The position numbers were made by a program, and so were the translations under genes. Below are positions 37,311 through 47,835 of a stretch of DNA of 64,000 nt, one piece after another. The notes under the pieces are model-generated. The model saw only the letters and a program-made list of their open reading frames with translations, was not told the origin of the DNA and made no database searches. Origin of the DNA: Magnetococcales bacterium. GTDB taxonomy: Bacteria; Pseudomonadota; Magnetococcia; Magnetococcales; JADFYX01. Within the stretch, counting starts at the first letter, position 1. The number at the start of each line of letters is the position of its first letter. The stretch is taken from NCBI GenBank assembly GCA_002753565.1, contig PEAM01000003.1, positions 9,828 through 73,827 on the forward strand, written 5' to 3'.

Positions 37311-37781
37311 ATGACTCGAATCCAGCTCTTTTTTATCCTCTTCATTCTGCTCCTGCCTCTCATGCTGATCCAACCGAAGGGGGGAGAGGCCCAAACAGAA
37401 CAGACAGAAGCAGAGAGTGCGGCTCTCCAGACCTACAAAACTTTCGCCAATGCCTTTATGTCCGGTCAGTTTGAGACTGCTCTGGCTCTCTCCATCGGCG
37501 CTGCCCACCAGACGGTTTTGCGTAAAATAGAGCTGATTAACAAGGGCGAAGATCAGATAACATCTTATCAAGACCCCCTGTTTTTAATTGTCAGTGAAGA
37601 GCACCAAAAAGAGGGCCAGGAGGTGACGATCCACGGGGTACAGGTGTTACAAAACAACAGTAAAAAAGGGATGTATCAACCACCCCAGCTACACCGACAA
37701 TATCTGACCCTGGTTCTTCAAGAGAAAGGCTGGAAAATTCGGGACTTTAAAGATGACCAGGAAAAGTGTTGTCAACCTTGA
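37311..37781 (+). CDS. Secreted hypothetical protein (156 aa) with a signal peptide
   Basis: N-terminus MTRIQLFFILFILLLPLMLIQPKGGEA. It starts 19 nt after the preceding gene. Confidence 0.5.
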   Translation: MTRIQLFFILFILLLPLMLIQPKGGEAQTEQTEAESAALQTYKTFANAFMSGQFETALALSIGAAHQTVLRKIELINKGEDQITSYQDPLFLIVSEEHQKEGQEVTIHGVQVLQNNSKKGMYQPPQLHRQYLTLVLQEKGWKIRDFKDDQEKCCQP

Positions 37782-39430
37782 TCGGACACCCCTTCTGAGG
37801 AAAGGTCCAGAGCGGCCGAGAGCAGACGCCGGGTGTAGGGGTGTTGGGGGGTATTGAAGAGAGACTGGGTAGAGCCATGCTCAACAACCTTGCCCTTCCA
37901 CATCACCATCACCTCATGAGACAGAGCCCGGACAACCCGAAGATCGTGGGAGATAAAGAGAAAGGCCAGTCCATATTTTTTTTGCAGATCCCGCAATAAG
38001 GTCAAAACCTGGGCCTGTACCGATAGATCCAAGGCGCTGGTCGGCTCATCTAAAATCAGCAAGTCCGGTTTTAAAATCATGGCACGGGCGATGGCGATCC
38101 GCTGCCGCTGTCCACCTGAAAATTGGTGGGGATAGCGCCCCAAAACCGACTGGGGAAGACCCACCTCATCCAGAGCCTCCTCAACCCGTCGTTCTCTGGC
38201 TAACCGATCCGGCTCCAGTCCGTGAATCAACAGCCCCTCTTCTAAAATCTGACCGATGGTCAAGCGAGGAGAAAGAGAGGAGAAAGGGTCTTGAAAAACC
38301 ACCTGGATACGACGCCTCAACAGCCGCATCTGCTCACGAGTCGCATCAAACAGGGGAATACCATCAAACAGCAGGGTGCCCTCTCCCTGGTTTAATCGCA
38401 GGATAACCTCCCCCAAGGTGGTCTTGCCACTGCCCGACTCCCCCACAACCCCCAACGTTTCACCTCGGCGCAAGGTCATGGTAACCCCATCCACCGCCTT
38501 GACCCAGTCGACGGTCCGTTTAAAAAGCCCTTTTTTGATGGGAAAATAGCAGCGCACATTCTCTGCCGACAGAATCACCTCGGCCCCCTCCACCCGCTCG
38601 GGAGAGTCGCTGGAAGGGAGGCTTCCCAACAGGGTGCGGGTATAAGGGTGCTGGGGAGACTGAAACAGCTCGGCAACCGGTCCCTCCTCGACAATCTCAC
38701 CCTGACACATCACACAGACCCGATCAGCCGCTTTACGTACCATGGGTAGATCGTGGGTGATAAGCAGCATGGCCATACCCAACTCACTCTGAAGCTGGGT
38801 GAGGAGTTCCAAGATCTGGGCCTGGATGGTGACATCCAGCGCCGTCGTCGGCTCATCGGCAATGAGGAGAGACGGTTTGCGGGCCAGAGCCATGGCGATC
38901 ATCACCCGCTGTCTCTGACCACCGGAGAGCTGGTGGGGAAAGCTATCCAGACGTTGATCTGGGTTTTGAATACCGGTCAACTCCAGCAGTCCAACCGCCC
39001 GCCTGCGCAGTGCCTTCCGGCCTTCATCCCTATCTTGGGGCGAAAAATTTTCTGCCAACTGCCGAAAAATGGGATAGACCGGATTCAGAGCCGTCATCGG
39101 CTCCTGAAAAACCATAGCTGCCTGTCCACCTCGAATGGTCTGCATCTGAGCTTCGGAGAGTTCGCCTATCTCTTGCCCCAAAAAACGCATGCGTCGAGCG
39201 GCTAGGTGTGCCGATGGGGGCAACAGCCGCAGCAGAGAGAGTGCAGCCACGGTTTTTCCACTGCCCGACTCCCCAACCAGAGCCAAAGTCTCTCCGGGAG
39301 ACATGGAGAAGGAGATCTTTTTGACAGCTTTAACCGACTCTCTTTGCCCGAACTCCGAACCGACGCCGGGAAAACTGACCTCCAGATCCGCCACCTCAAA
39401 AAGAAGGGGAGAGTGTGCCACGCCGCTCAC
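37772..39430 (-). CDS. yejF: ABC transporter ATP-binding protein with duplicated ATPase domains (YejF/microcin C-type peptide importer-like)
   Basis: Two cassettes with Walker A GESGSGKT and [17 protein letters not shown] twice, and Walker [13 protein letters not shown] and [12 protein letters not shown]. Confidence 0.85.
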   Translation of the reverse strand: MSGVAHSPLLFEVADLEVSFPGVGSEFGQRESVKAVKKISFSMSPGETLALVGESGSGKTVAALSLLRLLPPSAHLAARRMRFLGQEIGELSEAQMQTIRGGQAAMVFQEPMTALNPVYPIFRQLAENFSPQDRDEGRKALRRRAVGLLELTGIQNPDQRLDSFPHQLSGGQRQRVMIAMALARKPSLLIADEPTTALDVTIQAQILELLTQLQSELGMAMLLITHDLPMVRKAADRVCVMCQGEIVEEGPVAELFQSPQHPYTRTLLGSLPSSDSPERVEGAEVILSAENVRCYFPIKKGLFKRTVDWVKAVDGVTMTLRRGETLGVVGESGSGKTTLGEVILRLNQGEGTLLFDGIPLFDATREQMRLLRRRIQVVFQDPFSSLSPRLTIGQILEEGLLIHGLEPDRLARERRVEEALDEVGLPQSVLGRYPHQFSGGQRQRIAIARAMILKPDLLILDEPTSALDLSVQAQVLTLLRDLQKKYGLAFLFISHDLRVVRALSHEVMVMWKGKVVEHGSTQSLFNTPQHPYTRRLLSAALDLSSEGVSDQG

Positions 39431-40494
39431 TCTTTGCGCGGGTCCATGGCATCCCGCAAAGCTTCACCGATAAAATTGAGTAAAAGTAACATAATCACCA
39501 AAACCAAAAAGGCGGAGAGAGATAACCACCACGCATCAATATTTGCTTTTCCCTGACGCAACAGCTCGCCCAAACTGGGTGTGGAGGGAGGAACACCCAA
39601 ACCGAGAAAATCCAAGCTGGTCAGAGCCAGAATCGCCCCGGAAATACGAAACGGAAGAAAAGTAATAACCGGTGTTAAAGCATTGGGAAGCAGATGGCGG
39701 AGCATGATGCTTCGGTCCGTTGCCCCCATAGAGCGAGCCGCCTTGACATAGACCATGGTTCTGGCCCGCAAAAACTCGGCTCGAACATAGTCCGAAAGCC
39801 CCATCCAGCCAAAGAGAGAGAGCAGCACCAACAGCAGCAGCACACTCGGGTTGAACAGGCTGGCAAAGATAATCAGCAGATACAACTCCGGCATGCTTCC
39901 CCATATCTCGATAAAGCGCTGAAAGAGCAGATCTGTCCTGCCGCCAAAGTAGCCTTGAACAGCCCCGGCTACAATCCCCAAAACCAGACCGATCAGGGTG
40001 AGAGAGAGGGCAAAAAGGACCGACAGCCGGAAGCCATAAATCAGCCGGGCCAGTACATCTCTGGCTCGATCATCGGTACCAAAATAGTTGGCCCCATCTG
40101 GTGGAGAGGGGGCGGGATGGGTCAGTTCGGTATTGATGGAGTCATAACGGTGGGGGTTGAGAGGAAACAGCATCCAGTTACCGTTACTGTTCAATATCTC
40201 CACCAGAAAAGGGTCTTTATAGTCCGCCTCCGTTTCGAAATCTCCGCCAAAGGTGGTCTCAGGATAACTGACCAGCAGGGGAAAATAGAGCTCATCCTGG
40301 TAGGAGACGATGAGTGGCCGATCATTGGAGATCAGCTCAGCCCCCAGAGAGAACAGAAAAAGTGTGCTGAAAATCCAGAGGGAGACAATCCCTCTACGAT
40401 GTGACCGGAACCGTCGCCAACGCCGTTTGGCAATAGGAGAAAACCGAATCATTGTATTCCCGAAAACAGATAACAGGGTAGAAAGGGTGCCCAC
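39427..40494 (-). CDS. yejE: ABC transporter permease (YejE/DppC-like)
   Basis: About 6 TM with the binding-protein-dependent permease loop VKAARSMGATDRSIMLRHLLPNAL. A 4-nt overlap couples it to the ATPase gene. Confidence 0.8.
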   Translation of the reverse strand: MGTLSTLLSVFGNTMIRFSPIAKRRWRRFRSHRRGIVSLWIFSTLFLFSLGAELISNDRPLIVSYQDELYFPLLVSYPETTFGGDFETEADYKDPFLVEILNSNGNWMLFPLNPHRYDSINTELTHPAPSPPDGANYFGTDDRARDVLARLIYGFRLSVLFALSLTLIGLVLGIVAGAVQGYFGGRTDLLFQRFIEIWGSMPELYLLIIFASLFNPSVLLLLVLLSLFGWMGLSDYVRAEFLRARTMVYVKAARSMGATDRSIMLRHLLPNALTPVITFLPFRISGAILALTSLDFLGLGVPPSTPSLGELLRQGKANIDAWWLSLSAFLVLVIMLLLLNFIGEALRDAMDPRKE

Positions 40495-41143
40495 TCATCA
40501 GGTAGGGAACAAAAATAGCAGAGTCAAGCCCCAGGGGGAAGGTCCACCTTGATCATTCAACCCGAAAAAAGGCCCTATTGACGGCTGCTCCGAGCGGTTG
40601 TTCCGAGGCACAACCAATAAATGGTCTTATTTTTGCATTCCAGCCATCAACCATACCAATGATCCAGGGAGAAGCTGATGGGCCGGAACAAAAAAAACCC
40701 GAAACATAAGAAGCCAGAGCATACCATTGGCCCAAATAGCCGCAGTGACCCCCAAAAGACACCCTCTCCCAGCCTCGATAAAGATAAGGACAAACCTTTG
40801 GTATCCCTCTCTTTTGACACGGTTTTGACGGAAAGCAACGTAAAAAGCCTGTTGCGTATCCTCTCCTCTGCCAGTGGCGATAAAAAAAGGTGAGAAAGGT
40901 GGCCTGCATGCTCTGACGGCTTGGTTTCGCCTGCTCTTTACCACCGGCAAACTCTGTTGAATAAAGTCTGCCAAAACCATTGCCAGAAAGGCCAAACTTC
41001 ACTAGATTGACAGAGTGTTGTGCTGTGGAGATCCTTTGTTACGATACCTTTAAAAAAGCTGGATCTTCAAAACGACAAATCCAGCCACCTTGCCCGTTTA
41101 TTACCCTAACCAAAACTCTCAACCATCATGAGCGACTTCCTAC

Positions 41144-43459
41144 ATGAGCGACCTTCTATTTGAGAGTATCAGCCTGGCCGTTGTTTTAATCACCTTTCTG
41201 CTACTCCTCAAGTCGGGCAGAGCCATGGAGCTGAACCATCAAGGTGGATGGTCTCTCATTATCGCCGGATTTACCTTCCTGGTTTTTGGCAGTATTCTGG
41301 ATATTCTCGACGAGTTTGCCCCTTTTAAATTCCTCGATTTTTGGGAAGAGATGGCAGGCACCCTACCCGGCTATATTCTTCTGGCCCTGGGTTTTTATCG
41401 CTGGTTTCCCGAAATCACCAAACTAAAAAAAGCGGAAGAAAAACTACGCAGAGCCAACCACTCCCTGGCGCGTCAGGTTCAACAGCGAAAGCTGGCCATG
41501 GAAGATCTGGCCAACGCCAAGGATCAAGCCGAAAAAGCCAACCAGTCCAAAGATGCCTTTCTGGCTACCATGAGCCATGAAATCCGCACCCCCATCAACA
41601 TTATTCTGGGCATGCAAGAGCTACTCAAGGATGCAGAGCTATCTTCTAAATACCGTGAATACCTGCACCTTTCCATTACAGCCGGCAAACGCCTGCTTTT
41701 CCTGATCAACGATTTGCTCGATTTTGCTCAAATCGACCAAGGCAAGTTTACCCTGGACCATCGGGATTTTGATTTAAGAAAACTGATGGATGAGGTGACC
41801 ATGATTCTCGCGCCGTTGGCCAGCGCCAAAGGGGTGGAGCTGACCGCCCATATTCCTGCCCATCTGCCAACCCACTTTCAGGGAGACCCAAACCGGCTTG
41901 GTCAGATTTTCACCAACCTGCTCACCAACGCCATCAAGTTTACCCCAGCTGGAGGCTGTGTCGACCTGCATGGCGGTCCCATCGGCCACCATGATGATGA
42001 AAAGTTGGAATTTCTGTTTGAGGTTCGGGATACCGGCAGCGGCATTCCTGCAGAAAAAAGAGAGGTGATTTTCAACCGATTTACCCAAGCCGACAACTCC
42101 CCTTCCAGAGCCCATGAAGGGACGGGGCTGGGGTTGGCAATCACCAAATATCTGGTGCTCTTGATGGAGGGTGAGATTGGTGTGGATGATAACCTGCATG
42201 CCCCGACCGGCAGCACCTTCTTTTTTAGCATCACCCTCCAAAAACAGTCTGGAAATTATCTCGATACCGCCATCACCTCCACACCTCTGACCGGCTATTC
42301 CATACGGCTCTTCGATTGTGAAGGGCTGCAACTCACCATGCTGACAGACCATCTGGAGCGGTGGGGTAGCCGGGTTCTACGCAATGATGAGGAGGCCCCT
42401 CTTGATCCAGATGAAAACCAGAAAATTGTCATCGTCAACCACAAGCCAGGAAGCCATGACGATTTTCTTCCTCTGCAACATCTGACAGCAGACAGTCGCC
42501 TGCTGATTCTAACCGACCTTCTAGACCAAGCCTGGGATCAGGCGGCAACCTACGTTGGTTCCATCAGTTGTCTGCAAAAACCGGTTAGCTCCGAGCGTCT
42601 GCTCAATGCCATCCTCAACGCTCAAAGCGATGAATCTATCCACGCCAACAACGACCAGGAGGAGCGTCTCTCGCCGGTTGGGTCGGTACTGGTTGTGGAT
42701 GATCAGACAACCAATTTATTGCTGACCAAAGCTCTGTTAGAGAAAATCGGTTTTACCGAGGATGCCATTGATCTGGCAGACTCTGGAAAAAAAGCCCTGT
42801 CCCTGGTTATCGACAACCCCTATCAACTGATTCTGCTCGATTTGCGCATGCCCAACATGGATGGCTACCAAACAGCACGGGCCATTCGAGCCGCCCAGCT
42901 TGAAAAGAGAGGTCAGCCGATTCCCATTGTCGCTTTTTCGGGTGATATCACCAAAAAGAGCAAGAAAAAATGTTTGCAGGCCAAAATGGATGGGCTACTG
43001 GCAAAGCCGGCCTCTCTCTCTGACTTGAAGCGGGTGATTAAAAAATATTTTTCCTACACTTCCCACGATCTGGACGAAAAGCAGCAGGAGAGCAGTCCGG
43101 GAACCAGTACCCTAACCGCAGCCCTGGATGCCATGGGGCTGCCACCTGAAAATCATGGAGAGGTAGCCGAGGTGTTGATCGAGCAGCTTCCTTCACTCAT
43201 GAAAGGGCTGGAGCAGGCAATTATTGACAGAGAGGAAGAGAAGGCCCGGGCTACGGCCCATGTCTTGAAGGGGTCCATGGCCAACGTACTGTTTCCCACT
43301 CTTAAAGATCCATCGGTTCGGGTACATCAATCAATCCGAAACAAAGAGTGGATGCTGGCAAGAAAAGAGTTGGAAAACTATCGGGCCATTCTCAACCCAA
43401 TCATGCACTCCATCCAAACCTACCTCACCACCACCAAACAGCAAAAGAGCGATGGCTGA
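41144..43459 (+). CDS. Hybrid sensor histidine kinase (2 TM, HisKA, HATPase_c, REC, HPt)
   Basis: H-box MSHEIRTPIN, G-boxes RDTGSGI and GTGLGLAI, REC VLVVDDQ...DLRMPNMDG, and HPt AHVLKGSMANV. Confidence 0.9.
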   Translation: MSDLLFESISLAVVLITFLLLLKSGRAMELNHQGGWSLIIAGFTFLVFGSILDILDEFAPFKFLDFWEEMAGTLPGYILLALGFYRWFPEITKLKKAEEKLRRANHSLARQVQQRKLAMEDLANAKDQAEKANQSKDAFLATMSHEIRTPINIILGMQELLKDAELSSKYREYLHLSITAGKRLLFLINDLLDFAQIDQGKFTLDHRDFDLRKLMDEVTMILAPLASAKGVELTAHIPAHLPTHFQGDPNRLGQIFTNLLTNAIKFTPAGGCVDLHGGPIGHHDDEKLEFLFEVRDTGSGIPAEKREVIFNRFTQADNSPSRAHEGTGLGLAITKYLVLLMEGEIGVDDNLHAPTGSTFFFSITLQKQSGNYLDTAITSTPLTGYSIRLFDCEGLQLTMLTDHLERWGSRVLRNDEEAPLDPDENQKIVIVNHKPGSHDDFLPLQHLTADSRLLILTDLLDQAWDQAATYVGSISCLQKPVSSERLLNAILNAQSDESIHANNDQEERLSPVGSVLVVDDQTTNLLLTKALLEKIGFTEDAIDLADSGKKALSLVIDNPYQLILLDLRMPNMDGYQTARAIRAAQLEKRGQPIPIVAFSGDITKKSKKKCLQAKMDGLLAKPASLSDLKRVIKKYFSYTSHDLDEKQQESSPGTSTLTAALDAMGLPPENHGEVAEVLIEQLPSLMKGLEQAIIDREEEKARATAHVLKGSMANVLFPTLKDPSVRVHQSIRNKEWMLARKELENYRAILNPIMHSIQTYLTTTKQQKSDG

Positions 43460-43547
43460 TCCAAAGCTGGACCACTCTCGGGAAAGAGCCAACATAAATT
43501 AAATCTGCTTTTCTCACCCAAGGACTCACCTGATTTTTAACGACTTC

Positions 43548-45617
43548 CTACCCCTTAGAGGTGAAGTTAAACACACCGTCCCAATCATCAGCCGGTGGGT
43601 TTTCGCTGTACTCCTTACACCGCTCCAGAAAGGTTAAAGAGGGGCCATCGTCGGCAATAATCGCCAAAGCCTTCTCAAAGTGCGGAATCGCCTCTGCATA
43701 CTGGCGAGCTTTATACGCGGTGGTTCCCTTGTAATAATTCTCCAACATCTCGGCACGCTTACCGGTAACCTGGCCCTTTTTATCCAACAACTGATAAATG
43801 GTAATCGGCTCTTTTTTCCCAACCACCCGAACCGTATCCAGTTCTCTGGCCTCAATCTCCTCTTTGGCCAAGGCATAAGTGGAGTCGGAGATCATGGTGC
43901 CGGAAGCGTAAAACTTATTGGCCCCTTCCAGACGAGCAGCAAGATTGACCGCATCGCCCATGATGGTATAGTCCATACGGGTGGCCGAACCCATGTTCCC
44001 CACCACCATGGGGCCAGAGTTAATCCCCATGCGAACCGTCATGTTGGGTCTCCCCTCCTCCTTGAGTTTCTTCCGCATGCCGATCATATGTTTTTCCATA
44101 TCAATAGCCGCATGACAACAGCGCACAGCATGATCCTCCTGGGTAAGGGGGGCTCCCCAGAAGGCGATGATGGCATCCCCTTCAAATTTATCGACCGTTC
44201 CATCGTAGTGGGCGATGATATCGCACATGGCTGTCAAATATTCATTGAGAAGTTGCACCAACTCCGTCGGGGTCAGCTTTTCGGAGATGGAGGAGAAGCC
44301 GGCCACATCCGAGAAGAAAGCGGTCATCTCCCGCTGCTCACCACCCAAAGATAACTTGCTGGGATCGTTGACCAGGATCTCGACCACCTTGGGTGAGAGA
44401 TACTGCCCAAAAGCCCCCTTAATCATGGCCTTTTGCCCCATCTCCTTGAGGTAATAGCGCATATTGATCATAACAAAGCTCAATACCCCGGCCACAAAAA
44501 CATACGCCATGGAGTAGACCAACCCGGTCTTGACATAGAAAAAGGAGACAAACCCAACCCAACCCGCAAATAGAACCAAAGCAACCAACACACGGACTGT
44601 CGGATGAGAGACCAGACCCAACAGAATGAGAGCCAGCATGAAAACCATGGCAACCAAGGTCTCATTTTTAACCGAAGCGGGGCGAAGCGGGGCGCCGTTC
44701 ATCAGGGTATGGATAACATCTGCAATAATCTCCACCCCATAGACCATACCTACCGGAGTATCAAACCAGTCATGAGAAACCTCGGAGGTATCACCGATGA
44801 TCACCAGTTTATCGTTGATCCAATAGCGCAACTCTTCAATCTCGTCGTCATCCAGACCAGAGATGTCGACAAACTCCAACGCCGACAGGCCAACACTCTC
44901 ACTCAAAAATCTGGTCCCGGTTGGAAGGGCGGGAAAATCGATGTAGAAATTATTGTTCTGATCCAGTGGAATGGTCAGTTTATCCCCAAGCTTGAGAAGG
45001 TGCCCGTCCAAGCTTGGCTCTACCCCCAGATACATGGCCAACGCCTTTACCGCATAAGGCCAACTATTATCCAGCCGGGCTATTTCCTCATTTACCTGAA
45101 GTCGGGAAAGGCTGGTGATAATGGAACTGGAAGAGGTGATGTTGGTATAACCATCCTCTGTAACCGCTGCCAGAGTGGCATTGGGGTGGTTCATGCGGTG
45201 AAACTGATTATCGACAATATCGGCCTGCGAAACCAGCAGAACCGGATGGGCTTTTTTAAAGGACTCCGCCGTCGGTTCATCCTCCCCGTAAGAGCTGGGG
45301 AAGTCCATCAAAAAGTCGATTGCCACCACCTTGGCACCCAAAAATTTTAGATTTTCCGCTATTTTACCAATATCTGTTCGACGCAGAGGATAGCTTTTAT
45401 AGTCTTTAAAAAACTCTTCATCCGTATTGATCAAAACAATTTTATCTGAGGAAAAGCGGGTCTTTTCCGGGTCTCCTGAGCCGACACGCAAAATATGCCT
45501 GAAGGAGATGGTCTGCTCTTCCAAGAGGGAGAATAGCTCTAAATACTCTGCTGGAATGGCTAATAAAAAGAGAATAACTGTCCCCAGAATATCCCATCTC
45601 TCAACAATTTTCTTCAT
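43548..45617 (-). CDS. CHASE2-domain class III adenylate/guanylate cyclase with a C-terminal TPR-like tail
   Basis: An N-terminal TM, a periplasmic CHASE2-like region and 3 TM. The cyclase core has MTAFFSDVAGFSS, GDAIIAFWGAP and RMGINSGPMVVGNMGS...GDAVNLAARLE. Confidence 0.85.
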   Translation of the reverse strand: MKKIVERWDILGTVILFLLAIPAEYLELFSLLEEQTISFRHILRVGSGDPEKTRFSSDKIVLINTDEEFFKDYKSYPLRRTDIGKIAENLKFLGAKVVAIDFLMDFPSSYGEDEPTAESFKKAHPVLLVSQADIVDNQFHRMNHPNATLAAVTEDGYTNITSSSSIITSLSRLQVNEEIARLDNSWPYAVKALAMYLGVEPSLDGHLLKLGDKLTIPLDQNNNFYIDFPALPTGTRFLSESVGLSALEFVDISGLDDDEIEELRYWINDKLVIIGDTSEVSHDWFDTPVGMVYGVEIIADVIHTLMNGAPLRPASVKNETLVAMVFMLALILLGLVSHPTVRVLVALVLFAGWVGFVSFFYVKTGLVYSMAYVFVAGVLSFVMINMRYYLKEMGQKAMIKGAFGQYLSPKVVEILVNDPSKLSLGGEQREMTAFFSDVAGFSSISEKLTPTELVQLLNEYLTAMCDIIAHYDGTVDKFEGDAIIAFWGAPLTQEDHAVRCCHAAIDMEKHMIGMRKKLKEEGRPNMTVRMGINSGPMVVGNMGSATRMDYTIMGDAVNLAARLEGANKFYASGTMISDSTYALAKEEIEARELDTVRVVGKKEPITIYQLLDKKGQVTGKRAEMLENYYKGTTAYKARQYAEAIPHFEKALAIIADDGPSLTFLERCKEYSENPPADDWDGVFNFTSKG

Positions 45618-45827
45618 TTCAAGCCAACTCCCCCAAGCGCAGGCAAATGGAACCTACTATTTTGATTATCTCTTGAATGTTAACCGATGAGCCGTCTTAC
45701 AGGCAAAAAGGCGGTGGAACAACCTCTTGATTCACCTGCATAGAACAGAAAAAAAATACCCAGCTTTAACTGGCTCCTACCTATACTGACATGAGTATAT
45801 AGAAAAGGGAGCCATTTGAGAATGAGT

Positions 45828-45860
45828 AAAAAAAAAGCGCGCTCGAAAGCGCGCTTTTTA
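45828..45860 (-). terminator. Rho-independent (bidirectional-looking) terminator after the FecR-like gene
   Basis: aaaaaaaaa gcgcgc tcgaaa gcgcgc ttttt. On the minus strand the hairpin is followed by 9 T. Confidence 0.8.
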
Positions 45861-45875
45861 TTGCGACAGATTGTT

Positions 45876-46823
45876 TTAGCCGTCTTCTTCCAACATCTGG
45901 TTATACTTGACTGCCTCAGCCTTCTTCATGTCCTTTAACTTCAGGTCATGGTAGGACTTGATCAGCATGGGATACATATCGATATCATCGGCATTTTCGG
46001 TGAAATATTTCCGGTACATGTCCATGGCGGCAACGGTCATGCCCTTCTCTTCCAGATAGTTGGCAAGCAGGAAGTCATCACCCGGTGCGGCCGATTTTAC
46101 CGATGCCAGACCTTGGTTGAATGCTGCCAGATGGTTGCCATCCATCCACTTGATGATGTGGCTCTTTTTAGGAGAATAGACTGTCTCACCATCTTTAACC
46201 AACTCCACGGTGTATTCGTGATCACCGCTGGAGAGGGTTGGAACAGAAAAGCGCACCATGCTGCCATTGACGGCAGGCACATCATAGCTGGTCCCATCGA
46301 TGGTCAGACGATAAGCGATGTCACTACCCATACCTTCCCAAACCAGGTCGGGATGGGCTGCGGAGAGGGTTACCTCTTTGATGGTATTCAGCTTCAGCTT
46401 TTTCTTTTTGTTGACGCTACGGCGAACCGTCGTATACCGCTGAGCTTTGGCAAAGCGTTTATTCAAGCTGGCGACCAGATCACCGGAGGCCTGCATCGGC
46501 TTGGAGAGAATACCGGATACCAGCTCACCACCTTTACTGGAAATCTTGAACTCTGTGTTGGGGCCAACATCTCGGCTCATATTGGTGATCTGATTGACCA
46601 ATTTGGCCGACCCATCATCACCGGTTCGTACAGTATACCCTTCGAAAAGAAACTTGTTCCGGCGAATTTTCTTCCATTTCTGCCCATCTTTGCTGTATTC
46701 AATTTTACCTTTGACTTGGGTCAGCATGGCCACTGGAGGTGACTTTGCAAAGGCCTCTGCCCCCACACCAAGCCATAAAATCGAAATCAGCATTACACCG
46801 ATTTTCATGAATGTTGACTTCAT
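45876..46823 (-). CDS. FecR-domain periplasmic protein (315 aa, signal peptide)
   Basis: Signal peptide MKSTFMKIGVMLISILWLGVGAEAFA. The FecR-like segment is VKGKIEYSKDGQKWKKIRRNKFLFEGYTVRTGDDGSAKL. Confidence 0.6.
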   Translation of the reverse strand: MKSTFMKIGVMLISILWLGVGAEAFAKSPPVAMLTQVKGKIEYSKDGQKWKKIRRNKFLFEGYTVRTGDDGSAKLVNQITNMSRDVGPNTEFKISSKGGELVSGILSKPMQASGDLVASLNKRFAKAQRYTTVRRSVNKKKKLKLNTIKEVTLSAAHPDLVWEGMGSDIAYRLTIDGTSYDVPAVNGSMVRFSVPTLSSGDHEYTVELVKDGETVYSPKKSHIIKWMDGNHLAAFNQGLASVKSAAPGDDFLLANYLEEKGMTVAAMDMYRKYFTENADDIDMYPMLIKSYHDLKLKDMKKAEAVKYNQMLEEDG

Positions 46824-47385
46824 TTTTGTTCTCCCAAATAGTGTGTTTGTTCAATAAAAAAACTGGACCTCAAAAAAACTCAGGTCCCGGACCAACTACC
46901 ACCACCTCCCCAACTCTGCTGTAGGGCAAAGCCGAAACAGTGGACAAAAAAGTCATCTCATACAGGGTAAGTACGAAAATCTCTTCAAAAGTTCACCAAA
47001 AATCGATACCCCTGCTACACAGGCTTATCATCATCTCTCTTGCCAAACGGACCAAAGGACACCTTGACCCTCTTTTCATCGATATCCCTCCATCGTCATA
47101 AACGGCTCTTTGTATAGAGACCATAAGTGGCATTAACCCATCGACTGGCTCTATCTCATCGGACATTGACCATAAAGTCAACACAATTTTTAACTATTTT
47201 GTTGTCAGGTGACAAACGGAAAACTCCTCCGCAAATACGTGACAAAAAAGCTTAATTTCGTCACTCTTTGTAACCAACCACCCCCTTTGATGACACGACT
47301 GGGTCTCATCTCTCTTTTACACCATGCCCGACCATCTTACCTTTCGAGTAGCTGCCTTTTTTCAACCGTTCTCTCTTTTTTTCCT

Positions 47386-47413
47386 CAAGGGAGATGAGAG
47401 CCTCTCCGATAAG
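47386..47413 (+). promoter_or_regulatory. Possible sigma-28 (FliA)-type promoter
   Basis: TCAAG (47386-47390), a 15-nt gap, then TCCGATAA (47406-47413). I compared this with the recalled consensus TAAA-N15-GCCGATAA. It lies about 78 nt upstream of the 47491 ATG. Confidence 0.25.
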
Positions 47414-47490
47414 ATACCCAAGGAAAGAGACAATCACTTTAACAAGACAGGTAAAGGACAACTTTAAGAAGGATAAAAGGATACAAGATC

Positions 47491-47769
47491 ATGGATATTA
47501 ACGTGGTAGGGAACCTTTCCCAAAGCACCACAGCCATGGCAAGTCGAAGCCCAGGAGGGGCGAATCCGGTGGGAGCCGGCGGCAAAGCCAAGTCCCAGCA
47601 CAGTGTGGACAAGGTTGATTTAATTGGGTTGGAGTCGGTAAGTCAGGCATTCAAACAGCTCAAAGAGCAGGAACCTCTGGAAATTCCAGAGCCGGTCGGA
47701 CAGGCCATTCGAGACATGGCACAAGAGTTTCTCGATAAGCTACCGGAAGTGGATTCAGCTATCCACTGA
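47491..47769 (+). CDS. Small hypothetical protein (92 aa); weak FlgM (anti-sigma-28)-like features
   Basis: Low-complexity N-terminus, then DKVDLIGLES, and a size typical of FlgM. It is followed by a strong terminator. Confidence 0.45.
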   Translation: MDINVVGNLSQSTTAMASRSPGGANPVGAGGKAKSQHSVDKVDLIGLESVSQAFKQLKEQEPLEIPEPVGQAIRDMAQEFLDKLPEVDSAIH

Positions 47770-47835
47770 TAAATAAAACAGCCCATCTCCTCTATTTAAG
47801 GAAGAGGATAGATGGAATGCATCATAGAGCAAACC

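Noticed and set aside
40553-41002. Overlapping minus-strand ORFs of 149, 122 and 63 aa upstream of the permease gene
   Set aside because: They are mutually overlapping frames with no RBS and no recognisable family. I kept them only as a possible gene remnant in the findings and did not annotate them.
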